Numbered from the stretch's first letter, positions 1 through 9,784 are shown. The stretch is DNA of 62,769 nt from Thermodesulfobacteriota bacterium (GCA_035655515.1 DASRUI010000129.1:1-62769); one strand, 5' to 3'. The notes: generated by a model not told the origin, from the sequence alone. Numbers and translations: made by a program.

Positions 1-147
1 GGCGTAGGGCGGAAGAAAAGGCTTGCCCTTTTCGAGAGGTTCGGAGACCTTGAAGGCGTTAGAAACGCCTCTATCCGCGAGCTTACCAAGGTGGCGGGCA
101 TAACCGAAAAGCTCGCGAACGACATTAAGAGGGAACTTTCCGTATAG
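1..147 (+). CDS. uvrC: Excinuclease ABC subunit C, C-terminal helix-hairpin-helix fragment (5' end outside window)
   Basis: Frame 1 reads GVGRKKRLALFERFGDLEGVRNASIRELTKVAGITEKLANDIKRELSV-stop. This resembles the conserved UvrC C-terminal (HhH)2 tail. Confidence 0.6.
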   Translation, partial: GVGRKKRLALFERFGDLEGVRNASIRELTKVAGITEKLANDIKRELSV

Positions 148-179
148 CCGCCCGGTAACGCGCATAAGGTTTCGACGCC

Positions 180-2597
180 ATGCATATGAAAACATTTTAT
201 TCCCGGATATCTCTTCGTCCCATGGCGCCTCTTACCGTTGCGTTCATCGCGGGGCTTGTCTTCGCCGAATATTCCGGCCTCCCGGGTTGGCAACACGCCG
301 GTCTGCTTTTTCTCTCCCTCTTGCCGCTTGTCGCGGCGGTTTTTAAAAGATTCAAGATGAACGCGCTTTTTGCCGTTCCTTCCTTTTTCTTCCTCGGCGC
401 GTTATTCCTCTCCTCTGCGGCGGATTTCCCGACGGCCTCCATAAAGGACTATTCCGATAAAGGCGTTGTAAGGGTTTACGGCGTTATAACGGGTCTTCCG
501 GACGAGGCCGGGCCCGATGCGATGTTCTACGTCCGGGCGGAGCGAGTGTTTTCGGACGGGGCATGGGAGAAGACCTCCGGCGGAATAGCGGTCGTTTCAC
601 ACGGCAGCGCGTTTCGCGCCGGAAACGGAGACAGGATTATTTTCGCGGGGCGCGTTAAAGAGATAAGAAACTTCGGCAACCCCGGCGAGTTCGATTACAG
701 GGGGCGTTTCGCGCGGAGCGGGATCTTCGTAAGGGCCTATATAAAAGACGGCCTTATAGTCAAGGTGAGAGAGGGAAGGGGATTTTTAAACGCGTTTTCC
801 GGTTTAAGGGAGCGGTTCAATGATTTCATTGACGCTTCGGGAGCCGCGAATCGAGGCGTCATCAAGGCGCTTTTGATAGGCGAGAGAAACGGGATTGCGG
901 CGGAGACTAACGACGCCTTCATATCCACGGGCACGGCGCACGTGCTTTCCGTGTCGGGACTTCATGTCGGCTTTGTGGCGTGGATTTCCTACGCCGCGGT
1001 TTTTTGGCTTTTAAGGAGAAGCAGGCGCGTTACTCTCGCAATCAACGCGAAAAAGTTTTCCCTTGCCCTGTCAATCTTGCCTGTCGTTGCCTACGCGGTC
1101 ATGTCCGGGTTTTCCGTGCCGACGCAGCGCGCCGCGATTATGGTCGCGGTATTCGTTCTCGCGATGCTTTCGGGCAAGGTGCGCGACATATATAGCGCCA
1201 TAGCTCTTGCCGCTTTGGCGGTGCTCGCGGCGTCGCCGGGGTCTTTGTGGGACGTTTCGTTTCTGCTTTCCTTCGCGGCCGTGATTTCAATGGCCTATCT
1301 TGTGCCGGAGTTGAATTCGTGGTTTTTCGCCGGAGAGGAGAGCGTCTCCGGAATTCAGGCAAGGTTTTTGCGCAAGGTTATGGTCTTCCTTACGGTGTCT
1401 TTGGCGGCGATACTCGGCACGTATCCGTTAAGCGTCTATTATTTCAACGGCGTTTCCGCTGTCGCGCTCGTCGCCAATATCGTGGCCGTGCCCGTTACCG
1501 CGGCAGCCGTGCCCGTGGGGCTTATCTCTTTCGCGCTTTTACCGGTGTGGCACGGAGGGGCGGAGTTTATGATGCGTTTCGCCGGCGTCCTCGCGGGCTT
1601 TATGGTATGGGTGATGGAATTCATGTCGAGTTTTGAATATTCTTATTTGCGCGCGGCGACGCCGACGCTCCTCGAGATAGCGATTTTTTATTGCGGCCTC
1701 GCGTGCCTGCCCAATTTGAGAAAAAGCCGCTTGGCGGTTTTTGTTTTTATGTTTTCCATGGCGGCCTTCGCGGCTGTTTTCGGTTGGTCGCGTTACGTCG
1801 CCATGAAGGGCGGGGATTTAAAGGTTACTTTCATAAGCGTGGGTCAGGGCGACGGCGCCCTGATTGAGTTTCCGGAATACCTCGGGCAAAGGCGAAAATT
1901 CATGCTCATAGACGCGGGGGGTTTTTACGGCGGCGATTTCGACACGGGAAAGATGATTGTTGCGCCGTTTCTCTGGGATAAGAGGATAACGAAGATTGAT
2001 TACGCGGTCTTGAGCCACGCCCAGAGAGACCACATGGGGGGGCTTCCGTTCATCGTCGAAAATTTCAGTCCGGATGAGTTCTGGTGGAACGGCATGGGAC
2101 GGCTTGACCCGAAACTTATTAAGGCAATCGGAGAAAAATCCGTGAAGGTCAACGTCGTTCGTGACGAAACGCCTGATATCGAAATAAACGGGGTCAAGGT
2201 CGAGTTCCTTAATTTGCGAAAAGGCTCGAATTACGACATAAACGACGTCTCGATGGTTTTAAGGCTTACGAAAGGGACGCGGAGTTTTCTTTTTACCGGG
2301 GACATAGGGATTAAGAGAGAGGCCGCGCTTTTGAGCGACGACATATCTGCCGACGTCATAAAGGTGCCGCACCACGGAAGCAAAACGTCTTCGAGCGAGA
2401 GTTTTATCAAGAAGGTAAATCCCTCTGTCGCGGTCGTGTCTTCCGGGTTCGCCAATCCGTTCGGCATGCCCGGCGGAGATGTCACGGAAAGATATGTTAA
2501 GGCGGGCGCGACAATTTACCGGACAGATATGAACGGAGCGGTCATCGTGACGACCGACGGAAAGGACATTGCCGTTCTTACGGGGCACAGTGAATGA
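180..2597 (+). CDS. comEC: DNA internalization competence protein ComEC/Rec2 (polytopic membrane competence domain plus C-terminal metallo-beta-lactamase domain)
   Basis: 805-aa ORF with many TM segments and the HVLSVSGLHVGF competence motif. The C-terminal MBL signature is GQGDGALIE ... SHAQRDHMGG ... KVPHHGS. Confidence 0.85.
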   Translation: MHMKTFYSRISLRPMAPLTVAFIAGLVFAEYSGLPGWQHAGLLFLSLLPLVAAVFKRFKMNALFAVPSFFFLGALFLSSAADFPTASIKDYSDKGVVRVYGVITGLPDEAGPDAMFYVRAERVFSDGAWEKTSGGIAVVSHGSAFRAGNGDRIIFAGRVKEIRNFGNPGEFDYRGRFARSGIFVRAYIKDGLIVKVREGRGFLNAFSGLRERFNDFIDASGAANRGVIKALLIGERNGIAAETNDAFISTGTAHVLSVSGLHVGFVAWISYAAVFWLLRRSRRVTLAINAKKFSLALSILPVVAYAVMSGFSVPTQRAAIMVAVFVLAMLSGKVRDIYSAIALAALAVLAASPGSLWDVSFLLSFAAVISMAYLVPELNSWFFAGEESVSGIQARFLRKVMVFLTVSLAAILGTYPLSVYYFNGVSAVALVANIVAVPVTAAAVPVGLISFALLPVWHGGAEFMMRFAGVLAGFMVWVMEFMSSFEYSYLRAATPTLLEIAIFYCGLACLPNLRKSRLAVFVFMFSMAAFAAVFGWSRYVAMKGGDLKVTFISVGQGDGALIEFPEYLGQRRKFMLIDAGGFYGGDFDTGKMIVAPFLWDKRITKIDYAVLSHAQRDHMGGLPFIVENFSPDEFWWNGMGRLDPKLIKAIGEKSVKVNVVRDETPDIEINGVKVEFLNLRKGSNYDINDVSMVLRLTKGTRSFLFTGDIGIKREAALLSDDISADVIKVPHHGSKTSSSESFIKKVNPSVAVVSSGFANPFGMPGGDVTERYVKAGATIYRTDMNGAVIVTTDGKDIAVLTGHSE

Positions 2598-2843
2598 ATA
2601 AACCCCGGTGGCCGCACACCGTTCTCCTCCCCCGGCGTAACGTCGGGGGAGGCGGGGTGGAGTAAGACAACCTTCCCGCTTCCCCTTGCATTGTCCGCCT
2701 GCGGCGGACGCAAAGGGAGCCTGCCTCCTTGTTAAGGAGGGGAGTTAAAGAGGCAGGCTGAAAACATTATCGGTCAAGAGCCCGCCCCCGCAGAGCTTGT
2801 TCCCGTAGGCGGTAAGCAGGGATATTAAGCAAGGGCTCAGCCC
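2598..2843. repeat. REP-rich intergenic spacer (nested short palindromes)
   Basis: Palindromic modules such as cctgcctccttgttaaggaggggagttaaagaggcagg and gcaagggctcagcccttg. Related modules recur at 12340-12420. Confidence 0.6.
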
Positions 2844-2882
2844 TTGTTTGACGAAAGAGCAAGTTTTGTATATACTTTAGCC

Positions 2883-3410
2883 ATGAGATACGTTTTTTTA
2901 GCCATAGCGTTGTCGTTTGCGTTGGTAACCGTTTCCCATGCCGTCATGTACCGTTGGGTGGATAAGGACGGGGTTTTGCACGTAACGGACGACGAGTTCA
3001 AGGTTCCGGTTGAATACCGGAAGAATATGATTGTAATAGAGGAAGCGGAGCCTAAGCCCCCTTCCGTCCAAGCGCCGGTTGAACCAATTCCTTCCCCGCG
3101 GAATAAAGCCGCCGAAGAAGAGCTTTACGGCGACCGCACGCTTCAAGGGTGGAAGTCCGAGATTAAAAGGCGAAAAGACGATATGGCAAAGAGCGAAAAG
3201 GATTACGGCGCGAGGAAGCAGTTTGCCGAGGTTTTTGAAAAGGGAAGAAGCATGGGACAGATTTACGAGCAATCCGAAGTGGACATCTATAATAAATATA
3301 AAAAGGAAATCCCCGAGATAGAAAGGCTTATCAAAAAACTCGCCGAAGAACTCGAAGAGATTAAAGACAAGGCCCGCAGGGCCGGGGTGCCAAAGAAAGA
3401 CAGGGAATAG
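2883..3410 (+). CDS. DUF4124-like secreted protein with charged coiled-coil tail
   Basis: ATG at 2883 gives MRYVFLAIALSFALVTVSHA (signal peptide) followed by YRWVDKDGVLHVTDD (DUF4124 hallmark). The ORF-track start at 2844 is a TTG upstream. Confidence 0.6.
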   Translation: MRYVFLAIALSFALVTVSHAVMYRWVDKDGVLHVTDDEFKVPVEYRKNMIVIEEAEPKPPSVQAPVEPIPSPRNKAAEEELYGDRTLQGWKSEIKRRKDDMAKSEKDYGARKQFAEVFEKGRSMGQIYEQSEVDIYNKYKKEIPEIERLIKKLAEELEEIKDKARRAGVPKKDRE

Positions 3411-3493
3411 CGCATGGATTTGCCTCTTCGTCAAGTCTTCGAATATCCGCAAATTGTCCGGTTTAAATCAAGCGCCGAGGCAGGGTCCCGTTG

Positions 3494-4468
3494 ATGGAAC
3501 CGGTCAGCGTCGGCACCCCGCTATTGTGGGCAGGTTTCGCCGCCTTCATGCTGTGCATGCTGGCTCTGGATTTGTTCGTTTTGGGCGGCAAGACGGCGCA
3601 TAAGGTTTCGACGAAGGAGGCGCTGGTCTGGAGCATAGTCTGGATTACCCTCTCGTTCATCTTCACCGGCTTGCTCTGGTGGTATCTCGACGGCACGGCC
3701 GGCCGCGAGGTGGCCAACGACAAGGCGTTGGAGTTCCTCACCGGCTATCTGATAGAGAAGTCCCTGTCCGTGGACAACGTCTTCGTCTTTTTGATGATAT
3801 TCGGCTTCTTCCACGTGCCGGATGAATATCAGCGCCGGACGCTAGTATTCGGCGTGTTCGGCGCCATCATCATGCGCGCGGCGATGATACTAATGGGCGC
3901 GTATCTGGTGGCCAAGTTCCATTGGATTCTCTACGTTTTCGGCCTGTTCCTGGCTGTCACCGGCTTTAAGATGTTGATATTCGCCGACAAGAAAATGAAC
4001 CTGGAGAAGAACCCGGTGTTGAAATGGATGCGCCGCCATCTGCGCATCACCCATGAATACCGCGGAGAGAAGTTTACGGTGACGCAGGAGGGCCTGCGCT
4101 GGTTCACGCCGCTCTTTCTGGTGCTGATGCTCATAGAGATATCGGACGTCATCTTCGCGGTGGACTCCATTCCGGCCATCTTCGCCGTCACGCGCGATCC
4201 CTTCATCGTTTTTACCTCAAACATGTTCGCCATCATGGGCTTGCGGGCGCTTTATTTTCTGCTTGCCCACATAGCCGGCCGCTTCCACCTGCTGAAATAC
4301 GGGCTGGCCCTTGTGCTGGTGTTCGTGGGCGCGAAGATGCTTGTGGTGGACATTTACAAGGTGCCGATTGGTTTGGCTCTGGGCATCGTGGCCATTATTA
4401 TCGCCGCTTCCGTCGCGGCCAGTCTGGCGGCTACGCGCAACGGCAATTCAACGGAACCCAACTTATGA
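3494..4468 (+). CDS. TerC/Alx family integral membrane protein
   Basis: Multi-TM ORF with the characteristic EKSLSVDNVFVF and later DSIPAIFAVT motifs of the TerC family. ATG at 3494. Confidence 0.85.
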   Translation: MEPVSVGTPLLWAGFAAFMLCMLALDLFVLGGKTAHKVSTKEALVWSIVWITLSFIFTGLLWWYLDGTAGREVANDKALEFLTGYLIEKSLSVDNVFVFLMIFGFFHVPDEYQRRTLVFGVFGAIIMRAAMILMGAYLVAKFHWILYVFGLFLAVTGFKMLIFADKKMNLEKNPVLKWMRRHLRITHEYRGEKFTVTQEGLRWFTPLFLVLMLIEISDVIFAVDSIPAIFAVTRDPFIVFTSNMFAIMGLRALYFLLAHIAGRFHLLKYGLALVLVFVGAKMLVVDIYKVPIGLALGIVAIIIAASVAASLAATRNGNSTEPNL

Positions 4469-4602
4469 ACCGATGGCTAATATCGCGGGCGCAGGGCCGG
4501 GGTGTCACGGAAAGACAGGGGAGGACTTCGTCTCTATCGCAAAGATGGAAGGATTAAATCCGCTTTACCGCGCTTCTTGAATTTCGTTTTCAAACAAGGC
4601 TT

Positions 4603-5781
4603 TTATTGAGATGGAGCCGGTTCTTTCGGTTTCGCCGGATGTATCAGGGCGCCCTCCGGCACGGATTGTTTGTCGTAGGCGTGGCACCTCATGCAGTCCG
4701 AGAACGTGAACGACACCCTGCCGTGGCATTTGCCGCAGTGCTTGCCGTCGAGCACCTCTTTCATGACGATTTTATTGGCGTTGAGTTCGGATTTGAAGAC
4801 GTTTTCGTGGCAGAGCGAGCATTTGATCCACGTCGAATGTATCTTGTGGCTGAAAAGAACCCCCTTCATGAAGCTCATCGAAGATTCGAAATAAATGAGG
4901 TTATCCTTCACACCTTCAACTTCTTCCTCGGCGTTTATCGAATCGAGCGGTTTGAACGCGCCTGTTTTGTCGAGTTTGACCCAGTTTATGAAGCCGAATT
5001 TGTCGCGCGGGTAGGTCTTTTCGGGAAGTTTTTCCGGGTCCCAGAACGAGCCGAGCCTCGCGGAAATCTCTTTAAGGTCTTTGTCCGTAAAACGGCTTAA
5101 GTCGCGAAACGGCTTCGATTTGTCCGTCCCGGCCATGTGGCATCTTTCGCAGTTTTTGTCGGTCGTCGAGAAGGATATCTTGCCGTTATGGCACGCGCCG
5201 CAAAATTTGCCTTCGTCTATCGTTTTATGCGAGATTCCGTTCGCCCCGCGTTTCATTTTTTCTATGCCTTCGTGGCACACCTTGCATCTGAAAAAGAGCC
5301 TGTGCACCCAATGCGGGTAAAGGACCGGGGCAAGCCCCTGCTTGACCATCTCCTCGTTGTGCGTCATGAGGACGAAGTTTCCGGGCACTTTTTCCTCGCG
5401 CGCGTACTTCTCTTTTTCTTCGACGCGTTTCTTTTCTTCCGCGATTTCTTTTTTCTGGATGTCTTCGACCTTCTTTAAAAGGCCTGCGTCGCCGGCGTTC
5501 CATTCAATATTCATGGCGGCAAGGGCGTTCGCCACGTCCAGGATGTCCATTTTCTCGAAGTAGCTTTTATCCTTCGATGCCGCCTCGTTTATCAGGAATT
5601 CCACCTCGGCCGATATTGCGCTTTTATACTGCCTTACGAGCGCGGCCGCGCGGTCGGATTTCATGGCCTTGTAGCTCGCGGTAAAGTCTTTTATGAAGGC
5701 GCTTTCCTCGGCCTTTGCGCCAAACGGCAGGACGGCCGAAACCAGAAACGCGAAAATAGCGAACAGAGTCTTTTTCTTCAT
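4603..5781 (-). CDS. Periplasmic multihaem cytochrome c (six CxxCH; two c7/c3-like trihaem modules)
   Basis: Signal peptide MKKKTLFAIFAFLVSAVLPFGAKA. Haem motifs are CKVCH, CGACH, CERCH, CSLCH, CGKCH and CMRCH, arranged as two similar modules. Confidence 0.8.
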   Translation of the reverse strand: MKKKTLFAIFAFLVSAVLPFGAKAEESAFIKDFTASYKAMKSDRAAALVRQYKSAISAEVEFLINEAASKDKSYFEKMDILDVANALAAMNIEWNAGDAGLLKKVEDIQKKEIAEEKKRVEEKEKYAREEKVPGNFVLMTHNEEMVKQGLAPVLYPHWVHRLFFRCKVCHEGIEKMKRGANGISHKTIDEGKFCGACHNGKISFSTTDKNCERCHMAGTDKSKPFRDLSRFTDKDLKEISARLGSFWDPEKLPEKTYPRDKFGFINWVKLDKTGAFKPLDSINAEEEVEGVKDNLIYFESSMSFMKGVLFSHKIHSTWIKCSLCHENVFKSELNANKIVMKEVLDGKHCGKCHGRVSFTFSDCMRCHAYDKQSVPEGALIHPAKPKEPAPSQ

Positions 5782-5874
5782 GACGCACCTCGTTTGCGAA
5801 GAGTAAAAGAATTATAAATCATTGCGTATATAAATGGCAAGAGGGATTTGAGAGGGGGGGGTTCCGGGCGAGTT

Positions 5875-7731
5875 TTAAGCCGTAACGCGCGCTCTCTCCA
5901 TTTGGAGGAAGAGTTCTTCCAGTTTTAAGTAGCAGCCGTCAAGACGCGATTGCATCTTGCCGATGGTTTTGTAGATCTCCCGGATTTGAGACCCGTCGAC
6001 TCTCTCCTGGAGCATCAGGATGATTTCTTCATTTTTATTTTTAATATCTTCTTCTAATATCAGGATTTCGTTTTCCATGCTTTCATAGTCTTTTTCGAGC
6101 GAATTCAGCGTAGGTTGGGGGAACCCATCGGTCGGCGAAGCGTAACCCGGCATTTTCCGGCTTTGCTCTTTTGACGGTTTGGCGCCTTCTTGTTTTGAAG
6201 GTTTTTCGGAAGGCTTTTCCTTTGGTTTTTTAAGGGAGGCTTCTTCTTCCCAACCTATGGTTTCCAAAAATTCATCGTAGGTTCCCGCGAAAACCTCCGC
6301 TTTGTTTTTATGAAAGATGATGAGTTTGGTGGCCAAGACCCTTAATATTTCTTCGTTATGGGTGACTATGACGACTGCGCCGGGGAACTTTTTTATCTCC
6401 TGCGTCATCACCTGTATGGAGTCCATGTCGAGGTGGTTTGATGGTTCGTCCAGGAACAGGATGTTTGCCGGGTGCGCCAGTATCTTCCCGAGCAAAACCC
6501 TGCTTTGCTCTCCGCCGGAAAGCACGGAGACTTTTTTGTTCGCCAAATCCCCGGAGAACATCATGGCCCCGCAGATGGCCCGGCTCTCCGAATTGCTCAG
6601 GCGCGGGTTCGCCTGCGCGATTTCCGCGGCCACGGTATGGTCGGGATTCAAATCCTTCCGGTTGGTTTGTTGATAATAACCGATTGAGATGCCGGGAGGA
6701 AACTTGACCGAACCCGCGGTCGGTTGCGCGGTTTGCGCCAAGACGTTCAAAAGGGTCGTTTTGCCTTTTCCGTTTTTGCCTATGACCGCAAGCCGGTCTT
6801 CGGGTTTTATCTGAAACGACAAATCTTCAAAAAGATTGTCTTTCGGATTTCCGGTGTACGAAAAGGCGAGGCCTTCGGCCTGCATGGATACTTTGGATGG
6901 AATGGGTTTATAGTTGAAACGGAATCCGAGTTTGTATTCGGGCCTGATTTCGTCGAGCAAGTTCATTTTTTCTATCTGCCGCAGTTTGGATTGGGCCTGG
7001 CCTGCCTTGGATGCCTTGGCTCCGAATCTATCCACGAACTTCATCAGGTCTTTTATCTTCTTTTCCTGACCCTGGCGGGTTTTTTCGTGGATTTCTTCGT
7101 CCAGCATAATCTGGGCGTAGTATTTTTCGGTCGAGCCCTCTGTCTTGGTCAGGCTTCCACGGTGAATGCCCATGGTGTGGGTCGTTATTGAATCCATGAA
7201 CTCGCGGTCATGGGTTATCAAGATGGCTTCTCCGCGAAAACTCTTTAAGAATCTTCTGAGCCAGCGAAGGCTCAGGATGTCAAGATAGTTCGTGGGCTCG
7301 TCCAGGAGCAGGAGGTCCGGATTCTGAAGCAGGGTCTTGGTCAGGTTTATCCTGAGCTGGAATCCTCCTGAAAATTCGGAAGGAGGCCGGAGAAGGTCGT
7401 CTTCCGTGAAACCGAGGCCAAAGAGGATTTTTTCGGCCTTGTAATGGTCGTATTGTTCTTCCGCGCTTAAGGCCTGACAGCATTCTTCCAGCACGGTATT
7501 TTGCGTAAAGCGGATATGCTGGTCGAGATAACCGAGTTTGTAGCCCTTGGGCGCGCTGAATACGCCTTTGTCGTAATTTTCAAGGCCCGCGAGGATTTTC
7601 ATAAGGGTTGACTTGCCGGAGCCGTTCCTGCCGACAAGGCCGATGATTTCGCCTTTGCCCACGGAAAAGGTAATGTCCTCGAAAAGAGGCTTGGCGTTAT
7701 AAGACTTTGAAAGGCCGGATACCTGAATCAT
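5875..7731 (-). CDS. ABC-F family ATPase (two ABC cassettes, C-terminal coiled coil)
   Basis: Two Walker A sites (GRNGSGKST, GKNGKGKTT) and two LSGG signatures (FSGGFQ, LSGGEQ). No TM domain and a long charged C-terminal tail. Confidence 0.9.
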   Translation of the reverse strand: MIQVSGLSKSYNAKPLFEDITFSVGKGEIIGLVGRNGSGKSTLMKILAGLENYDKGVFSAPKGYKLGYLDQHIRFTQNTVLEECCQALSAEEQYDHYKAEKILFGLGFTEDDLLRPPSEFSGGFQLRINLTKTLLQNPDLLLLDEPTNYLDILSLRWLRRFLKSFRGEAILITHDREFMDSITTHTMGIHRGSLTKTEGSTEKYYAQIMLDEEIHEKTRQGQEKKIKDLMKFVDRFGAKASKAGQAQSKLRQIEKMNLLDEIRPEYKLGFRFNYKPIPSKVSMQAEGLAFSYTGNPKDNLFEDLSFQIKPEDRLAVIGKNGKGKTTLLNVLAQTAQPTAGSVKFPPGISIGYYQQTNRKDLNPDHTVAAEIAQANPRLSNSESRAICGAMMFSGDLANKKVSVLSGGEQSRVLLGKILAHPANILFLDEPSNHLDMDSIQVMTQEIKKFPGAVVIVTHNEEILRVLATKLIIFHKNKAEVFAGTYDEFLETIGWEEEASLKKPKEKPSEKPSKQEGAKPSKEQSRKMPGYASPTDGFPQPTLNSLEKDYESMENEILILEEDIKNKNEEIILMLQERVDGSQIREIYKTIGKMQSRLDGCYLKLEELFLQMERARVTA

Positions 7732-7898
7732 AGCCGATTATGATAACATAAAAAACAGCGCTTTGCATTAAAATAAAGAGGGTTTGCATTCATACCATCG
7801 AGCCTTGCGGATTTTGGTTTAATTATATAAAATAGTTTTGAGGCCTCATAGGTTTTTTAACGCAAAAAAAAGGCGGTTCGTTTTCACATGGCAGCCTT

Positions 7899-7959
7899 GT
7901 AGGGTGGGCACCGCCCACCGTCTCTTTTTATGAGCAGCTTTCATTGTGGCGAAGCCTAC
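7899..7959. repeat. Degenerate copy of the GTAGGGTGGGC MITE-like element
   Basis: gtagggtgggcaccgcccaccgtctctttttatgagcagctttcattgtggcgaagcctac aligns with the 66-bp copies at 9101 and 9785. The left end is intact and the right end decayed. Confidence 0.6.
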
Positions 7960-7968
7960 TTATCATGA

Positions 7969-8002
7969 CCGGGGCTTCATCCGTTCAGACCCCGGGTTTT
8001 TT
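7969..8002 (+). terminator. Terminator-like hairpin plus T-run immediately upstream of the lpxB-like start
   Basis: ccgggg (7969-7974) pairs with ccccgg (7990-7995) around a 15-nt loop, followed by g + tttttt (7997-8002). The stem is short and the loop long, so this is weak. Confidence 0.3.
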
Positions 8003-8031
8003 GGCGCAAAAGAGAGGCGGTTCGTTTTCAC

Positions 8032-9090
8032 ATGGCAGAGAAGATATTTTTAGTAAGCTACGGAGAATACGGCGACCTCTACGTCGCCTCGCTTGCCTCA
8101 TCTCTTAAGGAGATAAGGCCGGAGGCGATTGTGAAGTGCATCGGAGCGGCCCACGGCCACTCAAAGGGCGGCCTCGAAAGGGAGCTCGAGAGCGAAAAGC
8201 CCGATTGCATTGTCCTCGCGGACCAGAGTGTCTTTGACTTTCACCTGATGGAGAAGGCCAAGACGAGGGGCATTCCTGTCGTAGATTACGCCGGAGCCGC
8301 AGGCAGGTCTTTGAAGACGAGGCGCCTCGTAAAATTGAGGGGGCTTATAGACAGGGCGCTTGCCGTATTCCCTTTTGAGACAGCCATGTACAAGCAAGCC
8401 GGAGTTGACGTCGAGTTTGTGGGACATCCCCTTGTGGACATTGTGGATTGCTCCATGAGCCGGACAGAGGCCAAGGCCGCCCTCGGGTACGATTGGACCG
8501 AGGCGCTCGTGGCCCTCATACCGGGCGACGGCGGCGCGGAAGAAACAATGGAGCGTCTGAGGGTCATTGTCGAGGGCGCGGCCGAGGCCGCGGCGTGGAG
8601 CTCGCGGAAGGTGAGGCTCGTGATACCGGACGCGGAAAAGTACGAGGAAGAGTTCCTGAACGGCCTTATCAAGGCGGCGCCCAGAAAGCCCAAGGCCGTC
8701 AAAGGTCAAAGGCAATTGGCCTTGCGGGCCGCCTCCGTTGCCGTTATAGGCGCGGGGACTGCGACCGTCGAGGCCGCTCTTTCCGGCGCGCATATGCTGA
8801 TAATCCGGAAGACTTTGGGGCTATCTTATTACCTCTCCAACTTTCTCTCCAAGTTCGCCGGACGCGGCATATCGTATGGTCTCCCGAACATCATCCTCGG
8901 TAGGCCCCTTTGCCCCGAGCTTGTGCAGAAGGACGTTACGGCGAAGAATATAACCATAGAACTCGGGGGGCTTCTGGAGAGCGCCACAAAGGAGGAGACG
9001 GATCACGGCCTCGCGGAGGTGAGGGCCGCGCTTGGAGAGCCGGGGACGGTAAGAAGGGCGGCGGAGGCGATACTGAGGGTGATGAGGTAG
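8032..9090 (+). CDS. lpxB: Lipid-A-disaccharide synthase-like glycosyltransferase (divergent LpxB)
   Basis: AVFPFETAMYKQAGVDVEFVGHPLVD matches the LpxB core motif (PFE..Y......FVGHP..D). The N-terminal SYGEYGDLY resembles the AGEASGDLH motif but is degenerate. At 352 aa it is slightly short. Confidence 0.6.
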   Translation: MAEKIFLVSYGEYGDLYVASLASSLKEIRPEAIVKCIGAAHGHSKGGLERELESEKPDCIVLADQSVFDFHLMEKAKTRGIPVVDYAGAAGRSLKTRRLVKLRGLIDRALAVFPFETAMYKQAGVDVEFVGHPLVDIVDCSMSRTEAKAALGYDWTEALVALIPGDGGAEETMERLRVIVEGAAEAAAWSSRKVRLVIPDAEKYEEEFLNGLIKAAPRKPKAVKGQRQLALRAASVAVIGAGTATVEAALSGAHMLIIRKTLGLSYYLSNFLSKFAGRGISYGLPNIILGRPLCPELVQKDVTAKNITIELGGLLESATKEETDHGLAEVRAALGEPGTVRRAAEAILRVMR

Positions 9091-9100
9091 GGGTAGTCCG

Positions 9101-9166
9101 GTAGGGTGGGCTGTGCCCACCAATCCCTTTTATGAGCGTATAAATGGTGGGCCGAGCCCACCCTAC
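9101..9166. repeat. MITE-like element, 66 bp, terminal inverted repeats GTAGGGTGGGC...GCCCACCCTAC
   Basis: gtagggtgggctgtgcccaccaatcccttttatgagcgtataaatggtgggccgagcccaccctac, identical to 9785-9850. Confidence 0.85.
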
Positions 9167-9306
9167 AAGGCCAAGACGGCGTTCCCACGCTCCTGCGTGG
9201 GAACGATAATAAAGGCATATTTTTTTATGCAAATACTGTGTGCTATGGGACTACGCTATTTTACGGTTTTTCAACAGCCCCGATGTCCCTAATTAGCATA
9301 GATAAT

Positions 9307-9639
9307 TCATTTCTGCCACAGAAGGCGTGAACAGCTGGAACTGCATTCGAGATATTCATCTTTTTTTGCCATGCACGCATCGAAGCACAAGTTGTAAGGG
9401 GTAGGTTGATAAAGAATGATTACATTTTCTTTACGCTGTCCGCTATCGTTTAGTTTGCGGTTTTTAACGACATCGGGATCACATCTTTCCGTGCAGGTCG
9501 AAGAATCGATGTATCTTATGCAATTCATATAACAGTTCTGATCTACGCCTTTTTCGCCAGCATAGGAAAATGTTGGGAAAAAGACAATGGAGATAGATAC
9601 GGTAACGAAAGCGGCCAACAATACGAGTGGTTTTTTCAT
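9307..9639 (-). CDS. Small secreted cysteine-rich protein with two twin-CX3C modules
   Basis: ATG at 9639 is preceded by AGGAGG 5 nt upstream. Signal peptide MKKPLVLLAAFVTVSISIVFFPTFSYA. Mature part has CYMNC-x8-CTERC and CFDAC-x9-CSSSC. Low GC. Confidence 0.6.
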   Translation of the reverse strand: MKKPLVLLAAFVTVSISIVFFPTFSYAGEKGVDQNCYMNCIRYIDSSTCTERCDPDVVKNRKLNDSGQRKENVIILYQPTPYNLCFDACMAKKDEYLECSSSCSRLLWQK

Positions 9640-9784
9640 GGTAACCTCCTTTTCTATTCCAAGCCCCGTAGGGTGGGCTAATCCCACCCTTTACCCTTCT
9701 AAAATCAGAACAGATTTATTTCTCACATATTATACCACAAAAGAACTTTTTTGAAATTCCCGGGGATGGGGCGAACGCAGTCCC

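Noticed and set aside
3411-3493. A yybP-ykoY (Mn2+) riboswitch, expected upstream of a TerC/Alx-family gene.
   Set aside because: The 80-nt leader is too short. I could not find the conserved GGGGAGUAG / GAGAC-type cores by eye. A covariance-model scan would be needed to be sure.
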